A DNA stretch of 64,000 bases from a virus: IMG/VR virus record IMGVR_UViG_3300034407_001956, positions 30,370 to 94,369 of that record; one strand, given 5' to 3'. The translations under genes and the position numbers were made by a program. The notes below the pieces were generated by a model, which was given only the letters and a program-made list of their open reading frames with translations, had not been told where the DNA came from and did not search any database. This document shows positions 30,490 to 39,592 of the stretch, one piece after another. How positions within the stretch are numbered: the stretch's first letter is position 1; the number at the start of each line of letters is the position of its first letter.

Positions 30490-30795
30490 ATGTACTTAGA
30501 TGATAATAAATCTTACCTTTTATTTGGAAAGGATTTAAATTCAATTATAGCAATTTTACAATCGGTAAGCGATCGTAATCCTGATATAGATAAGTTAAAT
30601 GAACTTATACAGAAGCTAAAAGATATGAGGTCTTATGAAGATATGTTAAATGATTTTATATTTGGTGACCAAAAAACTTATCCGAGAGATAAAAAAGAAA
30701 TTGGTAAAAAGGATAATATGACATTAGAAGAAATGATGAAAGATTTGGAATTGAGATTTATGGATGAGAGGGATAAAGATAATGGAAAGAATTGA
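30490..30795 (+). CDS. hypothetical protein
   Basis: GGAG RBS. Confidence 0.55.
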   Translation: MYLDDNKSYLLFGKDLNSIIAILQSVSDRNPDIDKLNELIQKLKDMRSYEDMLNDFIFGDQKTYPRDKKEIGKKDNMTLEEMMKDLELRFMDERDKDNGKN

Positions 30796-31066
30796 CCATA
30801 TAGCTATAGTAGTTACAAACATATCACAGGCGGTTAGATGGTATACCAATAAATTTGATTGTAAAGTAAACTACGAAGATAAGAGTTGGGCAGAATTACA
30901 ATTTGATAATATTAAGTTAGCTTTGGTATTACCACAAGACCATCCACCACACATAGCATTTGAATCAGATGATTTAACTAACCCAACCAAACACAGAGAT
31001 GGTTCTGAATCTGTTTACGATCACGATTCGTTTGGTAATATAATAGAGTATATAAAGTATGAGTAG
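30782..31066 (+). CDS. VOC/glyoxalase-family protein
   Basis: IDHIAIVV, HIAF, DSFGNIIE. Confidence 0.85.
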   Translation: MERIDHIAIVVTNISQAVRWYTNKFDCKVNYEDKSWAELQFDNIKLALVLPQDHPPHIAFESDDLTNPTKHRDGSESVYDHDSFGNIIEYIKYE

Positions 31067-31236
31067 TAAAGAACAAATAGAATATATCTACATCGGCATA
31101 GCTATTGGTTTTATGATTGGATTTGCCGTAGGTTTTTATTTAGAAAGCTATTTAGCGGTAGAGAATTTAGTTATGGAAATGTCTTGACATATATAGTATT
31201 TATTTAGTATATTCATATATGACAAAAGGGGTAAAA

Positions 31237-31770
31237 ATGAAAAAGACAATAATTTTTGATTTAGATGGAACACTAGCAGACATCGAAGCTAGGAGGCAGT
31301 TGGCTATGATTCCAGGTAAAAGAGTCAATGAGAATGGATTCAATGTTCCTAAATTGGATTGGGATATATTCTTTGATGCTGAAAGCATTAAGTTAGATAA
31401 ACCAAATGCTCCTGTTATTAAGATGGCTCAGATGTTTAAAGCTGATGGTTTTAAGATTGTCATCTTTAGTGGTAGGAATGATAGGTCTTTCTTTACTACT
31501 AAAAAATGGTTATTAGATAATGATGTACCATTTGATTTATTGGTGTTAAGGCCTGATAAGTTTCAAGCTGATTCTTGGCCGATTGCTGATGGTAATCCAG
31601 CTACTAAAGAAATGAGGTTTATGCCTGATGAAATCCTAAAGAAGAAGATGTTAGATACTTTTGTAGACATTGACGATGTATTCTTAGTTGTCGATGACAG
31701 ACAGAAAGTTGTGGATATGTGGAGAGCTTTAGGACTTAATACATTTCAGGTAGCACCAGGAAATTTCTAA
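31237..31770 (+). CDS. HAD phosphatase (polynucleotide-kinase 3'-phosphatase-like)
   Basis: FDLDGTLAD, SGR, VDDRQKVVDMWR, FQVAPGNF; promoter at 31184. Confidence 0.85.
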   Translation: MKKTIIFDLDGTLADIEARRQLAMIPGKRVNENGFNVPKLDWDIFFDAESIKLDKPNAPVIKMAQMFKADGFKIVIFSGRNDRSFFTTKKWLLDNDVPFDLLVLRPDKFQADSWPIADGNPATKEMRFMPDEILKKKMLDTFVDIDDVFLVVDDRQKVVDMWRALGLNTFQVAPGNF

Positions 31771-31778
31771 AAAAAGTC

Positions 31779-31808
31779 TTGACTTGTATTGCAATTATAT
31801 ATTATATT
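31779..31808 (+). promoter_or_regulatory. phage early-type promoter
   Basis: TTGACTTGTATTGCA...TATATT. Confidence 0.75.
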
Positions 31809-31835
31809 TACATATAACAAAAAAGGAAAAAATAA

Positions 31836-32171
31836 ATGACTTACACTTTTGAAAAAACATTTGGAAAATTTGACTCTTCCACTAACTTTGAAGGAAACAA
31901 ACTCATTGTAGAGTATGTTTACTCTTCTGTTAGTGATTGTATCAAAGTAGTTGAGATGAGTAGGGTTGATTCTGAGGGTACTCACTTCCATAGGCTTAAT
32001 TGGATGAGTAAAGAAGGTCAAGCTTCTTTGATGGAAGATTTAGAAAATGATATGACAGATAGAATGTGTGGTACTGGTAATTATAGTAATAGTATAGAGA
32101 ATGATTTAGAGATTGCCAATATGGAAGCGGATTGGTTGATACAAAAAGCAGAAATACATTATGGTATATAG
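31836..32171 (+). CDS. hypothetical protein
   Basis: ORF after promoter. Confidence 0.6.
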   Translation: MTYTFEKTFGKFDSSTNFEGNKLIVEYVYSSVSDCIKVVEMSRVDSEGTHFHRLNWMSKEGQASLMEDLENDMTDRMCGTGNYSNSIENDLEIANMEADWLIQKAEIHYGI

Positions 32172-32379
32172 GTTAAATAGTATTAAAGCTGAGTTGGATG
32201 GAGACACCATACAATATGATAATGGAGAGAGTATATGGTTAGTTACTTATCTATCTCAATATGATTGGGATAATCCAGCTCCACATAGTACTGAAGATGC
32301 GTTTAAGATTGGTAAGGTGGTTAAAGAATATAATATCACTTGGCAAGAAATAGAAGAAGAAGCGAGGATGTATGTATAA
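32161..32379 (+). CDS. hypothetical protein
   Basis: Coupled ORF. Confidence 0.55.
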   Translation: MVYRLNSIKAELDGDTIQYDNGESIWLVTYLSQYDWDNPAPHSTEDAFKIGKVVKEYNITWQEIEEEARMYV

Positions 32380-32596
32380 AGAAATATTAGAAAAGTTAGA
32401 GGCTATAGGTGTTGCTATAGATGATGGTTATAATACTGCAGTGGATACAGAAGAGAACAGCGATTCAATGTACTATACTAATCACGCTAGTGATTTACTT
32501 AACGAACTGATGGTTAGTGTTGAGAAGCAAATTCAAAGTGAGAGAGAAGAAATACCTGGCTTTGAGGGAACTATGGGAGCATTGGAAAACTTATGA
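32372..32596 (+). CDS. hypothetical acidic protein
   Basis: Coupled ORF. Confidence 0.55.
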   Translation: MYKEILEKLEAIGVAIDDGYNTAVDTEENSDSMYYTNHASDLLNELMVSVEKQIQSEREEIPGFEGTMGALENL

Positions 32597-32808
32597 ATCT
32601 ATTAGACAAACTAATTGAAACATTTGATGGCGAAATTATGGTAGACAATCAATGGCGTGTAAATGGTTCTAATGGTGTTCACTATACAGTAGAATGGGAT
32701 CCTTATCACAGACATTATAGTTGTGGTTGTAAAGGTTATAAGTTTAGAAGAAAATGTAGACACATTACAGAATTGAGCGAATCATTTAGGAAAAGAATAC
32801 AAAACTAA
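32593..32808 (+). CDS. SWIM zinc-finger protein
   Basis: YTV...SCGCKGYKFRRKCRHI (CxC-Xn-CxH). Confidence 0.85.
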   Translation: MNLLDKLIETFDGEIMVDNQWRVNGSNGVHYTVEWDPYHRHYSCGCKGYKFRRKCRHITELSESFRKRIQN

Positions 32809-32813
32809 AAACT

Positions 32814-32885
32814 GCGAGTATCGTATAATGGTTATTACCTTAGCCTTCCAAGCTAATGATGTTGGTTCGATTCCAACTACTCGCT
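32814..32885 (+). tRNA. tRNA-Gly(TCC), canonical; CCA not encoded
   Basis: Acceptor GCGAGTA/TACTCGC, anticodon arm TTAGC-CTTCCAA-GCTAA, T arm GTTGG-TTCGATT-CCAAC, U73. Confidence 0.95.
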
Positions 32886-32914
32886 CAAAAATTTATAAAA
32901 ACTAAGGAGTAAAA

Positions 32915-33127
32915 ATGGTTGAAATACAAAAAAATAGCCGTGAGGTTATTCGTATATCTGAATCTGAATACGAAGGTCATAAGTTTGTAGACCTACGAAT
33001 TTGGTATACTGATGGTGGAGATTATAAACCTACAAAAAAAGGTATATCATTCCATCCATCTAAAACTAAAGAAATAGTTGAAGGGATATTAAAGATAGCT
33101 GAATCAGGTGATTGGGATAATTTTTAG
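32915..33127 (+). CDS. PC4/YdbC-like ssDNA-binding protein
   Basis: EYEGHKFVDLRIWY...PTKKGISF. Confidence 0.85.
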   Translation: MVEIQKNSREVIRISESEYEGHKFVDLRIWYTDGGDYKPTKKGISFHPSKTKEIVEGILKIAESGDWDNF

Positions 33128-33474
33128 TGAGTAAATTGTGGTGGGCTGTAGGAGCTCAAGCACTTGGTTCTATAATTGCTTTCTATCAGTTACAAGGACA
33201 CTACGCATTTCCTCAATATAAAAAGTTTTTTGGTAGCATGTGGTTTGTGTACTTAACGAGTATACCAATAGCACCACTATTCTTTTATGCTACTAAATGG
33301 TCTTATGAACACTTTGGTGCATTTTGGAATTTTAGATTGGCTGGATTTGGTATTGGTACAATTGTATTTGGTATGATGGCTTGGTATATATTTGGAGAAG
33401 TACCAACCTTAAAAACTATTATCAGTTTGCTGTTGGCTATGGCAATAATATTAATACAGGTTTCTAATTTATAG
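33127..33474 (+). CDS. small multi-TM membrane protein (DMT/SMR-like)
   Basis: Four hydrophobic segments; FGEVPT near the C-terminus; start approximate. Confidence 0.55.
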   Translation: MSKLWWAVGAQALGSIIAFYQLQGHYAFPQYKKFFGSMWFVYLTSIPIAPLFFYATKWSYEHFGAFWNFRLAGFGIGTIVFGMMAWYIFGEVPTLKTIISLLLAMAIILIQVSNL

Positions 33475-33545
33475 AAGTAATACTAAAAACTTAATTTTTA
33501 TATATTTATTTACATAACAATAACGCGTTAATTGAGGACTGTATT

Positions 33546-33740
33546 ATGAAAACAATACTAACAACAATACTTTCTTTGTTTATCTTCTTTGGTGCTGTTC
33601 CAAATTTGAATGCTTCAGATATGAAGATGGATAATATGGAAGAAATCAAAAAGAAGAAAAAGAAGAAAAAGAAACTTGGTGGAAAAAAGGGTAAGAAATC
33701 TAAGAAAGGTTTTTTCTCTAAGATTTTCGGAAGTAAGTAA
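33546..33740 (+). CDS. signal-peptide-bearing poly-lysine peptide
   Basis: MKTILTTILSLFIFFGAVPNLNA followed by a K9 run and KKGFFSKIFGSK; Lys codons are mixed AAA/AAG. Confidence 0.6.
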   Translation: MKTILTTILSLFIFFGAVPNLNASDMKMDNMEEIKKKKKKKKKLGGKKGKKSKKGFFSKIFGSK

Positions 33741-33744
33741 TAAG

Positions 33745-34302
33745 GTGATTAAGTTACAAGAAATATTAGAAGGTACTTGTGGCTATGGCGTTGATGGTCA
33801 GCTAGGTGATGAGCCAGCTGGCCCGCACCTTTTGAAGAAGAAAAAATTTGATTTAGACGAAACTTGTCAAAAAGGATATATGACACATCCTACTCGTAAG
33901 ACAAAGATTATGTTTGGTAAGAGATATAGGAATTGTGTAAAGAAAGAAGGAGTCGATACTACAGTTACATTAGAACAAGCTGGTATGATAGCTGACAACA
34001 TATGTGAGAATTGTGGTGACTTTGCAAATGAAAATTTAAGAAAGTGGTTTAAAGACCGATGGGTTAATATTGGTAAAAAGAAAAAGGGCGGTGGTCACCC
34101 ACCGTGTGGATCAAGTGGAAAAAAAAGAGGGTATGCTAAGTGTGTTCCAGCATCAAAGGCTGCTGGGATGTCAAAAAAACAAAAAGCGTCAGCGACACGT
34201 AGGAAGAGGTCGGCTCAAAATAAAGCAGGTAGAGGTGGTACATCATCATTAAGCGGTGGTGGTAAGAAACCAATAAGAGTATCAACCAAACCAAAGAAGT
34301 AG
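33745..34302 (+). CDS. basic phage protein with MIKLQEILE leader (putative head-internal protein)
   Basis: GTG start at 33745; CQKGY...NCV module; LRKWFKDRWVNI...HPPCG...KCVP module. Confidence 0.7.
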   Translation: MIKLQEILEGTCGYGVDGQLGDEPAGPHLLKKKKFDLDETCQKGYMTHPTRKTKIMFGKRYRNCVKKEGVDTTVTLEQAGMIADNICENCGDFANENLRKWFKDRWVNIGKKKKGGGHPPCGSSGKKRGYAKCVPASKAAGMSKKQKASATRRKRSAQNKAGRGGTSSLSGGGKKPIRVSTKPKK

Positions 34303-34311
34303 GAGAGTATA

Positions 34312-35361
34312 ATGAAGTTAGAAGAGATGGTAGGAAAAATGATGACAGAGGCTCAGTTCGATGAAGCAGCTGGTAAGAAAGATGCTTGCTATCGTAAGGT
34401 GAAAGCTAGATATGATGTCTGGCCGTCAGCTTATGCAAGTGGTGCTCTCGTAAAATGTCGTAAGGTTGGCGCTGCTAATTGGGGAAACTCTAAAAAAGAA
34501 TCCGTAAATGAAGTGGACACACCCATGTTTAAAATAACATATCAAGATTCTGCTGGTAGAAAGAAAACTGATATTATGAGGGCAAAAAATAATAATTTAG
34601 CAAAAAGAGATTTTAATGCTTCAAATAAAGGTCGAGGTTTTAAAATTTTAAGTGTAGTAAAAGAAGGTACAACAAAAATGTTCGCATCAGCAAAGGTTGA
34701 TGCCGCAGTTAAGTTAGCTAAGAGAATGGGTGGTAATATGACTAATGCTGTAAAGAAGATTGAGAAAATGGCAAAAGGATTATCTAAGAATGGTAGAGTA
34801 CAATATGCTCTTCAACAGGCCAATGAAGGTTTAGGTGATAAGTTCTCTAAAAAATTATCTAAGTTTAATAAGAAGAATCAGAAGAGCAGAGATGCTATGA
34901 AGAAGTATGCTAAACTAAAGAAGAAAGAATCTGTAGATGAAGCTAGAGGAACTTGTTGGGTAGGCTATCAACAAAAAGGTATGAAAGATAAAGGTGGTAA
35001 GATGGTGCCTAACTGTGTTAGGGAAATCACAGAAATATATTATGAGGTAGATGGTAAAGGTTACGGATATACATTTGAGCATATAAATGATGGTAAGTTA
35101 AACGAAGCAGAATACCAAGGTAGGAAAGTTAAGTTAGGTAAACCGACACAGGGAGATGCAAAGAAATTTAAAGTATATGTTAAGAATCCTAAAGGTAATG
35201 TAGTTAAGGTAAACTTCGGACAAGGTGGTAAAGCTAAAGGTGGAACTATGAAGATTCGTAAATCTAATCCTAAAGCTAGAGCTAACTTTAGAGCTAGACA
35301 TAATTGTGATAATCCAGGGCCAAGACATAAGGCTCGTTACTGGAGCTGCAGAAAATGGTAA
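34312..35361 (+). CDS. modular basic phage protein (putative head-internal polyprotein)
   Basis: Modules KKDACY..WPSAYASG, CWVGY..VPNCV and KKFKVYV..FRARHNCD, separated by ..ESVNE, ..ESVDE and LNE linkers. Confidence 0.7.
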   Translation: MKLEEMVGKMMTEAQFDEAAGKKDACYRKVKARYDVWPSAYASGALVKCRKVGAANWGNSKKESVNEVDTPMFKITYQDSAGRKKTDIMRAKNNNLAKRDFNASNKGRGFKILSVVKEGTTKMFASAKVDAAVKLAKRMGGNMTNAVKKIEKMAKGLSKNGRVQYALQQANEGLGDKFSKKLSKFNKKNQKSRDAMKKYAKLKKKESVDEARGTCWVGYQQKGMKDKGGKMVPNCVREITEIYYEVDGKGYGYTFEHINDGKLNEAEYQGRKVKLGKPTQGDAKKFKVYVKNPKGNVVKVNFGQGGKAKGGTMKIRKSNPKARANFRARHNCDNPGPRHKARYWSCRKW

Positions 35362-35603
35362 AGTTAAAAGAATTATTAAACGAATCAACTTATGTGAAAG
35401 GCAAGAGGGATGTTATAGTAAAAGGTTCATTTCGTCAAGTACACAAAAGTTTGACTATGAATGTAACAGAAGCACCAATGTCTGATAAATTATCTTCAAT
35501 AAAAAGTGTCTTTAAGAAAGCTATGAAAAAAGCTCATGATGATTATGTTAAGGCAGTTGCTAAAGCATCAAAACCTTTTGACAATGAAATAACAGGCGTA
35601 TAG
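35355..35603 (+). CDS. protein with MVKLKELLNE leader
   Basis: Shared leader motif. Confidence 0.65.
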   Translation: MVKLKELLNESTYVKGKRDVIVKGSFRQVHKSLTMNVTEAPMSDKLSSIKSVFKKAMKKAHDDYVKAVAKASKPFDNEITGV

Positions 35604-35605
35604 TT

Positions 35606-36442
35606 GTGAATTTAAAAGATATAATAGAAGATCTACAATTAGGTAAAGTCTATACGGATAAAGACAGGCCACCTTTCAAAGTAGAATCCAAAGAAGAACC
35701 TATATCTGAAAATAAAATGGAAATCAAGAAGATATATCAACTTCTTATCAAATATGGAAATAGCGCAAAAGATGTTGCTCAGATGCTCAAAAAGAATTAC
35801 AAGTATGTGGCTAAGACATATGCTAACTCATCAGCAAGAGATAAGGCTATGGCTCTTTCAGGACTTCATTCTTTAGGTGAGAGTAAAATGATTAAATTAA
35901 AAAGTTTATTAACTGAAATAGTATTTCACGATGACTTTATGAAAGAAATAAAGAGAGCTGAAAAGGAAACTGGTAAAAAATTTAAAATACCATCAAGTAC
36001 AAAAAAACTTTGTATGATGGCTAAGAAAGATGGGTTTCATAAATTAGATTATCTTGGTAAAAAATCAGGTAAAGCAAGAGAACCAAATAAGTTAATGTAC
36101 CAAGCGTATGCATTTGTGCAGGGTTGGGGTCATTCTAAGTATAAAAATAATTGGGATTGGAGAAGTGACAAAAGCCAACCAGTTTTACAGAACATTCAAA
36201 ACTCAAGTATTTATACAAGCTTATTTGATTATGATTATTTAAGAGGACACGTCACTACAGATTTACAAGCATCTCAAATAGTTGCAAATATTATGCCTGG
36301 TTCAAAAGATGAAGAGCCAGCTTACTATTTGGTAAAAGATTACTTAAACTCTTTTGGTAGTCAAAGGGGCGGTGACAGAGAAAGTATGTTAGTCAATAAA
36401 GTTGAATGGTGGTTAAAGAAGAACAAGGTACAAACAAGATGA
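35606..36442 (+). CDS. protein with MNLKDIIE leader and internal MIKLKSLLTE motif (35888)
   Basis: Two leader copies in one frame. Confidence 0.65.
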   Translation: MNLKDIIEDLQLGKVYTDKDRPPFKVESKEEPISENKMEIKKIYQLLIKYGNSAKDVAQMLKKNYKYVAKTYANSSARDKAMALSGLHSLGESKMIKLKSLLTEIVFHDDFMKEIKRAEKETGKKFKIPSSTKKLCMMAKKDGFHKLDYLGKKSGKAREPNKLMYQAYAFVQGWGHSKYKNNWDWRSDKSQPVLQNIQNSSIYTSLFDYDYLRGHVTTDLQASQIVANIMPGSKDEEPAYYLVKDYLNSFGSQRGGDRESMLVNKVEWWLKKNKVQTR

Positions 36443-36654
36443 TTAAGTTAAAAAAAATACTAACAGAAAAGTCTGAGAAAATTCAGGTGCGTGGTGTTGG
36501 TATTTATGATTTAAACTCACTAACAAATAAAGTTATTAAGATGGCTAAAGACTTAGAAAAGAATGCAAAGAAAGGTGATTGGCACAAATCATCTCGTAAT
36601 AGTATAAGAGCTTTTGCTGAAATGTGGGATGCTCTATCAGAATATGACAGATGA
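36439..36654 (+). CDS. protein with MIKLKKILTE leader
   Basis: ATG 36439 overlaps the upstream TGA. Confidence 0.65.
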   Translation: MIKLKKILTEKSEKIQVRGVGIYDLNSLTNKVIKMAKDLEKNAKKGDWHKSSRNSIRAFAEMWDALSEYDR

Positions 36655-37034
36655 TTAAATTAAAAAATTTACTCTTAGAAGATGTATCTCAATCCCAATT
36701 GAACCAAGTAGAAAAATACTTAGATAAGTTATGGGCTAAAGTTGGTATTGATGTAGAGTTTACTCGACACTTTATGGATAGAGTAAATGACGCAAGAAAT
36801 GGTAAACCAATATCACCAGCAGAACTAATTAAGATTTACAGAGAAATTTATAAGAAGTATGGTAAACCAATATCACAATTAAAAAGTGGTGTTGAGATAT
36901 TATTAAAAGATATGGAAACTGATATTAATGTACCAGTTGTATTACGATGGGATGGTAAAGAATTTGATATGATTGCCAAAACTGTAATGAGGAAGAAGAA
37001 TTTTAAATCAAGCACAAAGAAGTATTCAGTATGA
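36651..37034 (+). CDS. protein with MIKLKNLLLE leader, possible RelE/BECR-like fold
   Basis: VEFTRHFMDRV and C-terminal AKTVMRK; the fold is a guess. Confidence 0.6.
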   Translation: MIKLKNLLLEDVSQSQLNQVEKYLDKLWAKVGIDVEFTRHFMDRVNDARNGKPISPAELIKIYREIYKKYGKPISQLKSGVEILLKDMETDINVPVVLRWDGKEFDMIAKTVMRKKNFKSSTKKYSV

Positions 37035-37648
37035 TTAAATTAAAAGATTTATTAGAACTAAATGAGATGACTTATAATAAAGGTCCGAATGAAAAACATC
37101 AGAGTAGGATTAATTATCCTGTAACTTTGTTTAATGAAATCACAATGGAGAAAGTTCCTTTTCCTGAAAATAACAGTAAGGAAACTTTAGCGGAATTAAA
37201 ATATTTATCAAAAGTAAAATTAGATAAAAAATTTGTAAAAGTACACGATGATGTAGAAAAAGTGTTTAGTAAAAAACATAAAGAATTAGGATTAGAGTTT
37301 AATAAAGAAGAAGCTAAAGATTTACTTAAACAATCTGCTAAGTATATTATGGAACTAAAATATCAATATCAGAGACCAAGACCATATCAGATAGCTGAGT
37401 TTTATGGTATTGATTTAAATGGTGCTGAGTTAAGTAGTATGAAAACACCATCCTATCCAAGTGGACATGCGGTACAAGGTTATTTAATGGGTAAGATTTA
37501 TTCTGAAAGACATCCTAAGTATACAAGACACTTTACTGATTTAGGTGAAGATGTTGCTGAATCAAGAATAGTTGGTAAAGCACACTATCCATCTGATAAA
37601 GAGTTTGGTAGAAAATTAGCAGAAAAACTATTTGATAATTTAACATAG
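37031..37648 (+). CDS. PAP2/vanadium-haloperoxidase-family phosphatase with MIKLKDLLE leader
   Basis: K-X6-RP (KYQYQRPRP), PSYPSGH, SR-X5-H-X2-SD. Confidence 0.85.
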   Translation: MIKLKDLLELNEMTYNKGPNEKHQSRINYPVTLFNEITMEKVPFPENNSKETLAELKYLSKVKLDKKFVKVHDDVEKVFSKKHKELGLEFNKEEAKDLLKQSAKYIMELKYQYQRPRPYQIAEFYGIDLNGAELSSMKTPSYPSGHAVQGYLMGKIYSERHPKYTRHFTDLGEDVAESRIVGKAHYPSDKEFGRKLAEKLFDNLT

Positions 37649-37655
37649 AGGTTGT

Positions 37656-37925
37656 ATGAAAATATTACATCTTAATCTGTATCGTAAGTACTTCGATGCA
37701 ATTCTTAAAGGTGAAAAGACAATAGAGTATAGAGACATCACACCATATTGGTCTAAAAGATTAGAGGGTAGATATTATGATGTGATTAAATTTAAAAACG
37801 GCTATCGTAAAGATGCGCCAGAAATGGTTGTTGAATATAAAGGTATGGACACAGTAAATTATAAAAATGAACTTACTTATGCGATTGGGCTCGGCAAAAT
37901 ATTGAAAACTAAAAATGTCGCCTGA
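37656..37925 (+). CDS. ASCH-domain protein
   Basis: YFDAILKGEKTIEYR. Confidence 0.85.
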   Translation: MKILHLNLYRKYFDAILKGEKTIEYRDITPYWSKRLEGRYYDVIKFKNGYRKDAPEMVVEYKGMDTVNYKNELTYAIGLGKILKTKNVA

Positions 37926-38163
37926 AGATAAAAAGAGTTTAGAAAGATTAAAAACTCTTAAAATAAAAGATGGTTTGCCTGAAGATTTAGAGATAGCAAT
38001 ACAAACATTTTTAGAACAAGCTTATATAATTGGTGAATATGATTTGCCACATATGCCTCCAGAATATATGGAAAATCTATTAAAAACTCTTGCTAAATAT
38101 CCCGAGCACAATATGATGACATTATCTTTAATTGAAATATTAAAAAGAGAAGATTTATTGTAA
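37915..38163 (+). CDS. hypothetical protein
   Basis: ORF only. Confidence 0.5.
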   Translation: MSPEDKKSLERLKTLKIKDGLPEDLEIAIQTFLEQAYIIGEYDLPHMPPEYMENLLKTLAKYPEHNMMTLSLIEILKREDLL

Positions 38164-38236
38164 TAGTAATTAGTATATATTATATTTATTACCAGAAAGG
38201 AATAATTTCCTAACTCAAAAATAAAGGAGAATCCTT

Positions 38237-39067
38237 ATGTCTGATAAGAAGATAAGAACTGTTACACAAGTTAAATCAAATCAACCATGCGAAAATAAAA
38301 GACAAGCCCTCTCTCAAATCAAAAGAATTGATTGGACTGCTTTAGAGTTTAGAACACCAAATCAAAAAACATTCTATCGAACTATTGGTAGAAACGATGT
38401 CACATTTTCAGTAGGACCTGCTGGGTGTGGTAAAACATTTTTAGCTACACATTATGCACTAAAGAATTTAGCTAAAGGTAAATATGATAAAATGATAATC
38501 ACAAAACCATTAGTTGAGGTGGATGGTGAGAAGATGGGATATTTGCCAGGAGATATAGATGAAAAGACTGCTCCGTATATGATGTCTATATATTACAATA
38601 TGGAACAGATAATTGGAAAGGAAAGATTAGAAGTATTAAAAAGAGCCGGAGTCGTACAAGTTATACCTTTAGCTTATATGAGAGGACTAACTCTAACGGA
38701 TAGTGTAGTTGTATTAGATGAGGCACAGAATGCCACACCATCACAGATAAAAACTTTCGTAACACGCATAGGACAAGGAAGTAAGTATATCATAAATGGT
38801 GATTTGATGCAATCTGATTTAAGAAAAGCAAATGGATTAGATGATGCTATAAAAAGATTCACTGGAATTAGAAGAGTGGGATTTAGTCAATTTGATTTAT
38901 CAGATGTGGTTAGACATCCTATCGTAGCTGAACTATTAGAACGCTATCAAGATGAATATGAGTTAGGTACATTGTCAGCTGAAGAAACTTTATCTATGTG
39001 GATAGAAAAGCAAGAGTATGATGAACCAATTACAACTAACAGATATTTTTATAAAATACGCAATTAA
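38237..39067 (+). CDS. phoH: PhoH-family ATPase
   Basis: GPAGCGKT, GYLPGD, YMRG, LDEAQN, TRIG, GDLMQSD, VVRHP. Confidence 0.95.
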   Translation: MSDKKIRTVTQVKSNQPCENKRQALSQIKRIDWTALEFRTPNQKTFYRTIGRNDVTFSVGPAGCGKTFLATHYALKNLAKGKYDKMIITKPLVEVDGEKMGYLPGDIDEKTAPYMMSIYYNMEQIIGKERLEVLKRAGVVQVIPLAYMRGLTLTDSVVVLDEAQNATPSQIKTFVTRIGQGSKYIINGDLMQSDLRKANGLDDAIKRFTGIRRVGFSQFDLSDVVRHPIVAELLERYQDEYELGTLSAEETLSMWIEKQEYDEPITTNRYFYKIRN

Positions 39068-39081
39068 CTATATATATTAGT

Positions 39082-39306
39082 ATGAAAGTTACATATGCTA
39101 AAAGACTGCCACCTGGTGATAGGTGGCAGATTGGAAACGAAGTATTCGATACATTAACTGAATGTCTTAATCAGATATTCTTACGAGAAAGCGCAACTTA
39201 CTTTGAAGTGGATGCGGGTGTTGGTGAGATATACATTGATGATGGTCAGGAGGCGCCTAAAGCACCACCTAAGATGTGGGATTTATATGGTGAAAAAAGT
39301 GAGTAA
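39082..39306 (+). CDS. hypothetical protein
   Basis: ORF with AKRLPPGDRW. Confidence 0.55.
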   Translation: MKVTYAKRLPPGDRWQIGNEVFDTLTECLNQIFLRESATYFEVDAGVGEIYIDDGQEAPKAPPKMWDLYGEKSE

Positions 39307-39307
39307 T

Positions 39308-39544
39308 ATGAAATCGGATGCTGTTTACAATCAATGGGATAATATGGTATATGTTAGATCTAATGGAGATACTATTCACATAATCTGCAATAAAGAAGAA
39401 CAGATGGATGCGGTAAATGAAAGGTTCTATGAAAGTGGTAATGAATTAATTGGCTACGAAGAATGGGATGAGGGAGAGGATAAGAAATGGATTATGACTT
39501 GGAAAATCCCAAAGGAATACGACAAACTATTGGAGTATAATTAA
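39308..39544 (+). CDS. hypothetical protein
   Basis: ATG 39308 preferred as start. Confidence 0.55.
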   Translation: MKSDAVYNQWDNMVYVRSNGDTIHIICNKEEQMDAVNERFYESGNELIGYEEWDEGEDKKWIMTWKIPKEYDKLLEYN

Positions 39545-39592
39545 TATTAGTTGATATTTATTGCTGTATTAGTATATTAGTAGGAGATTATT

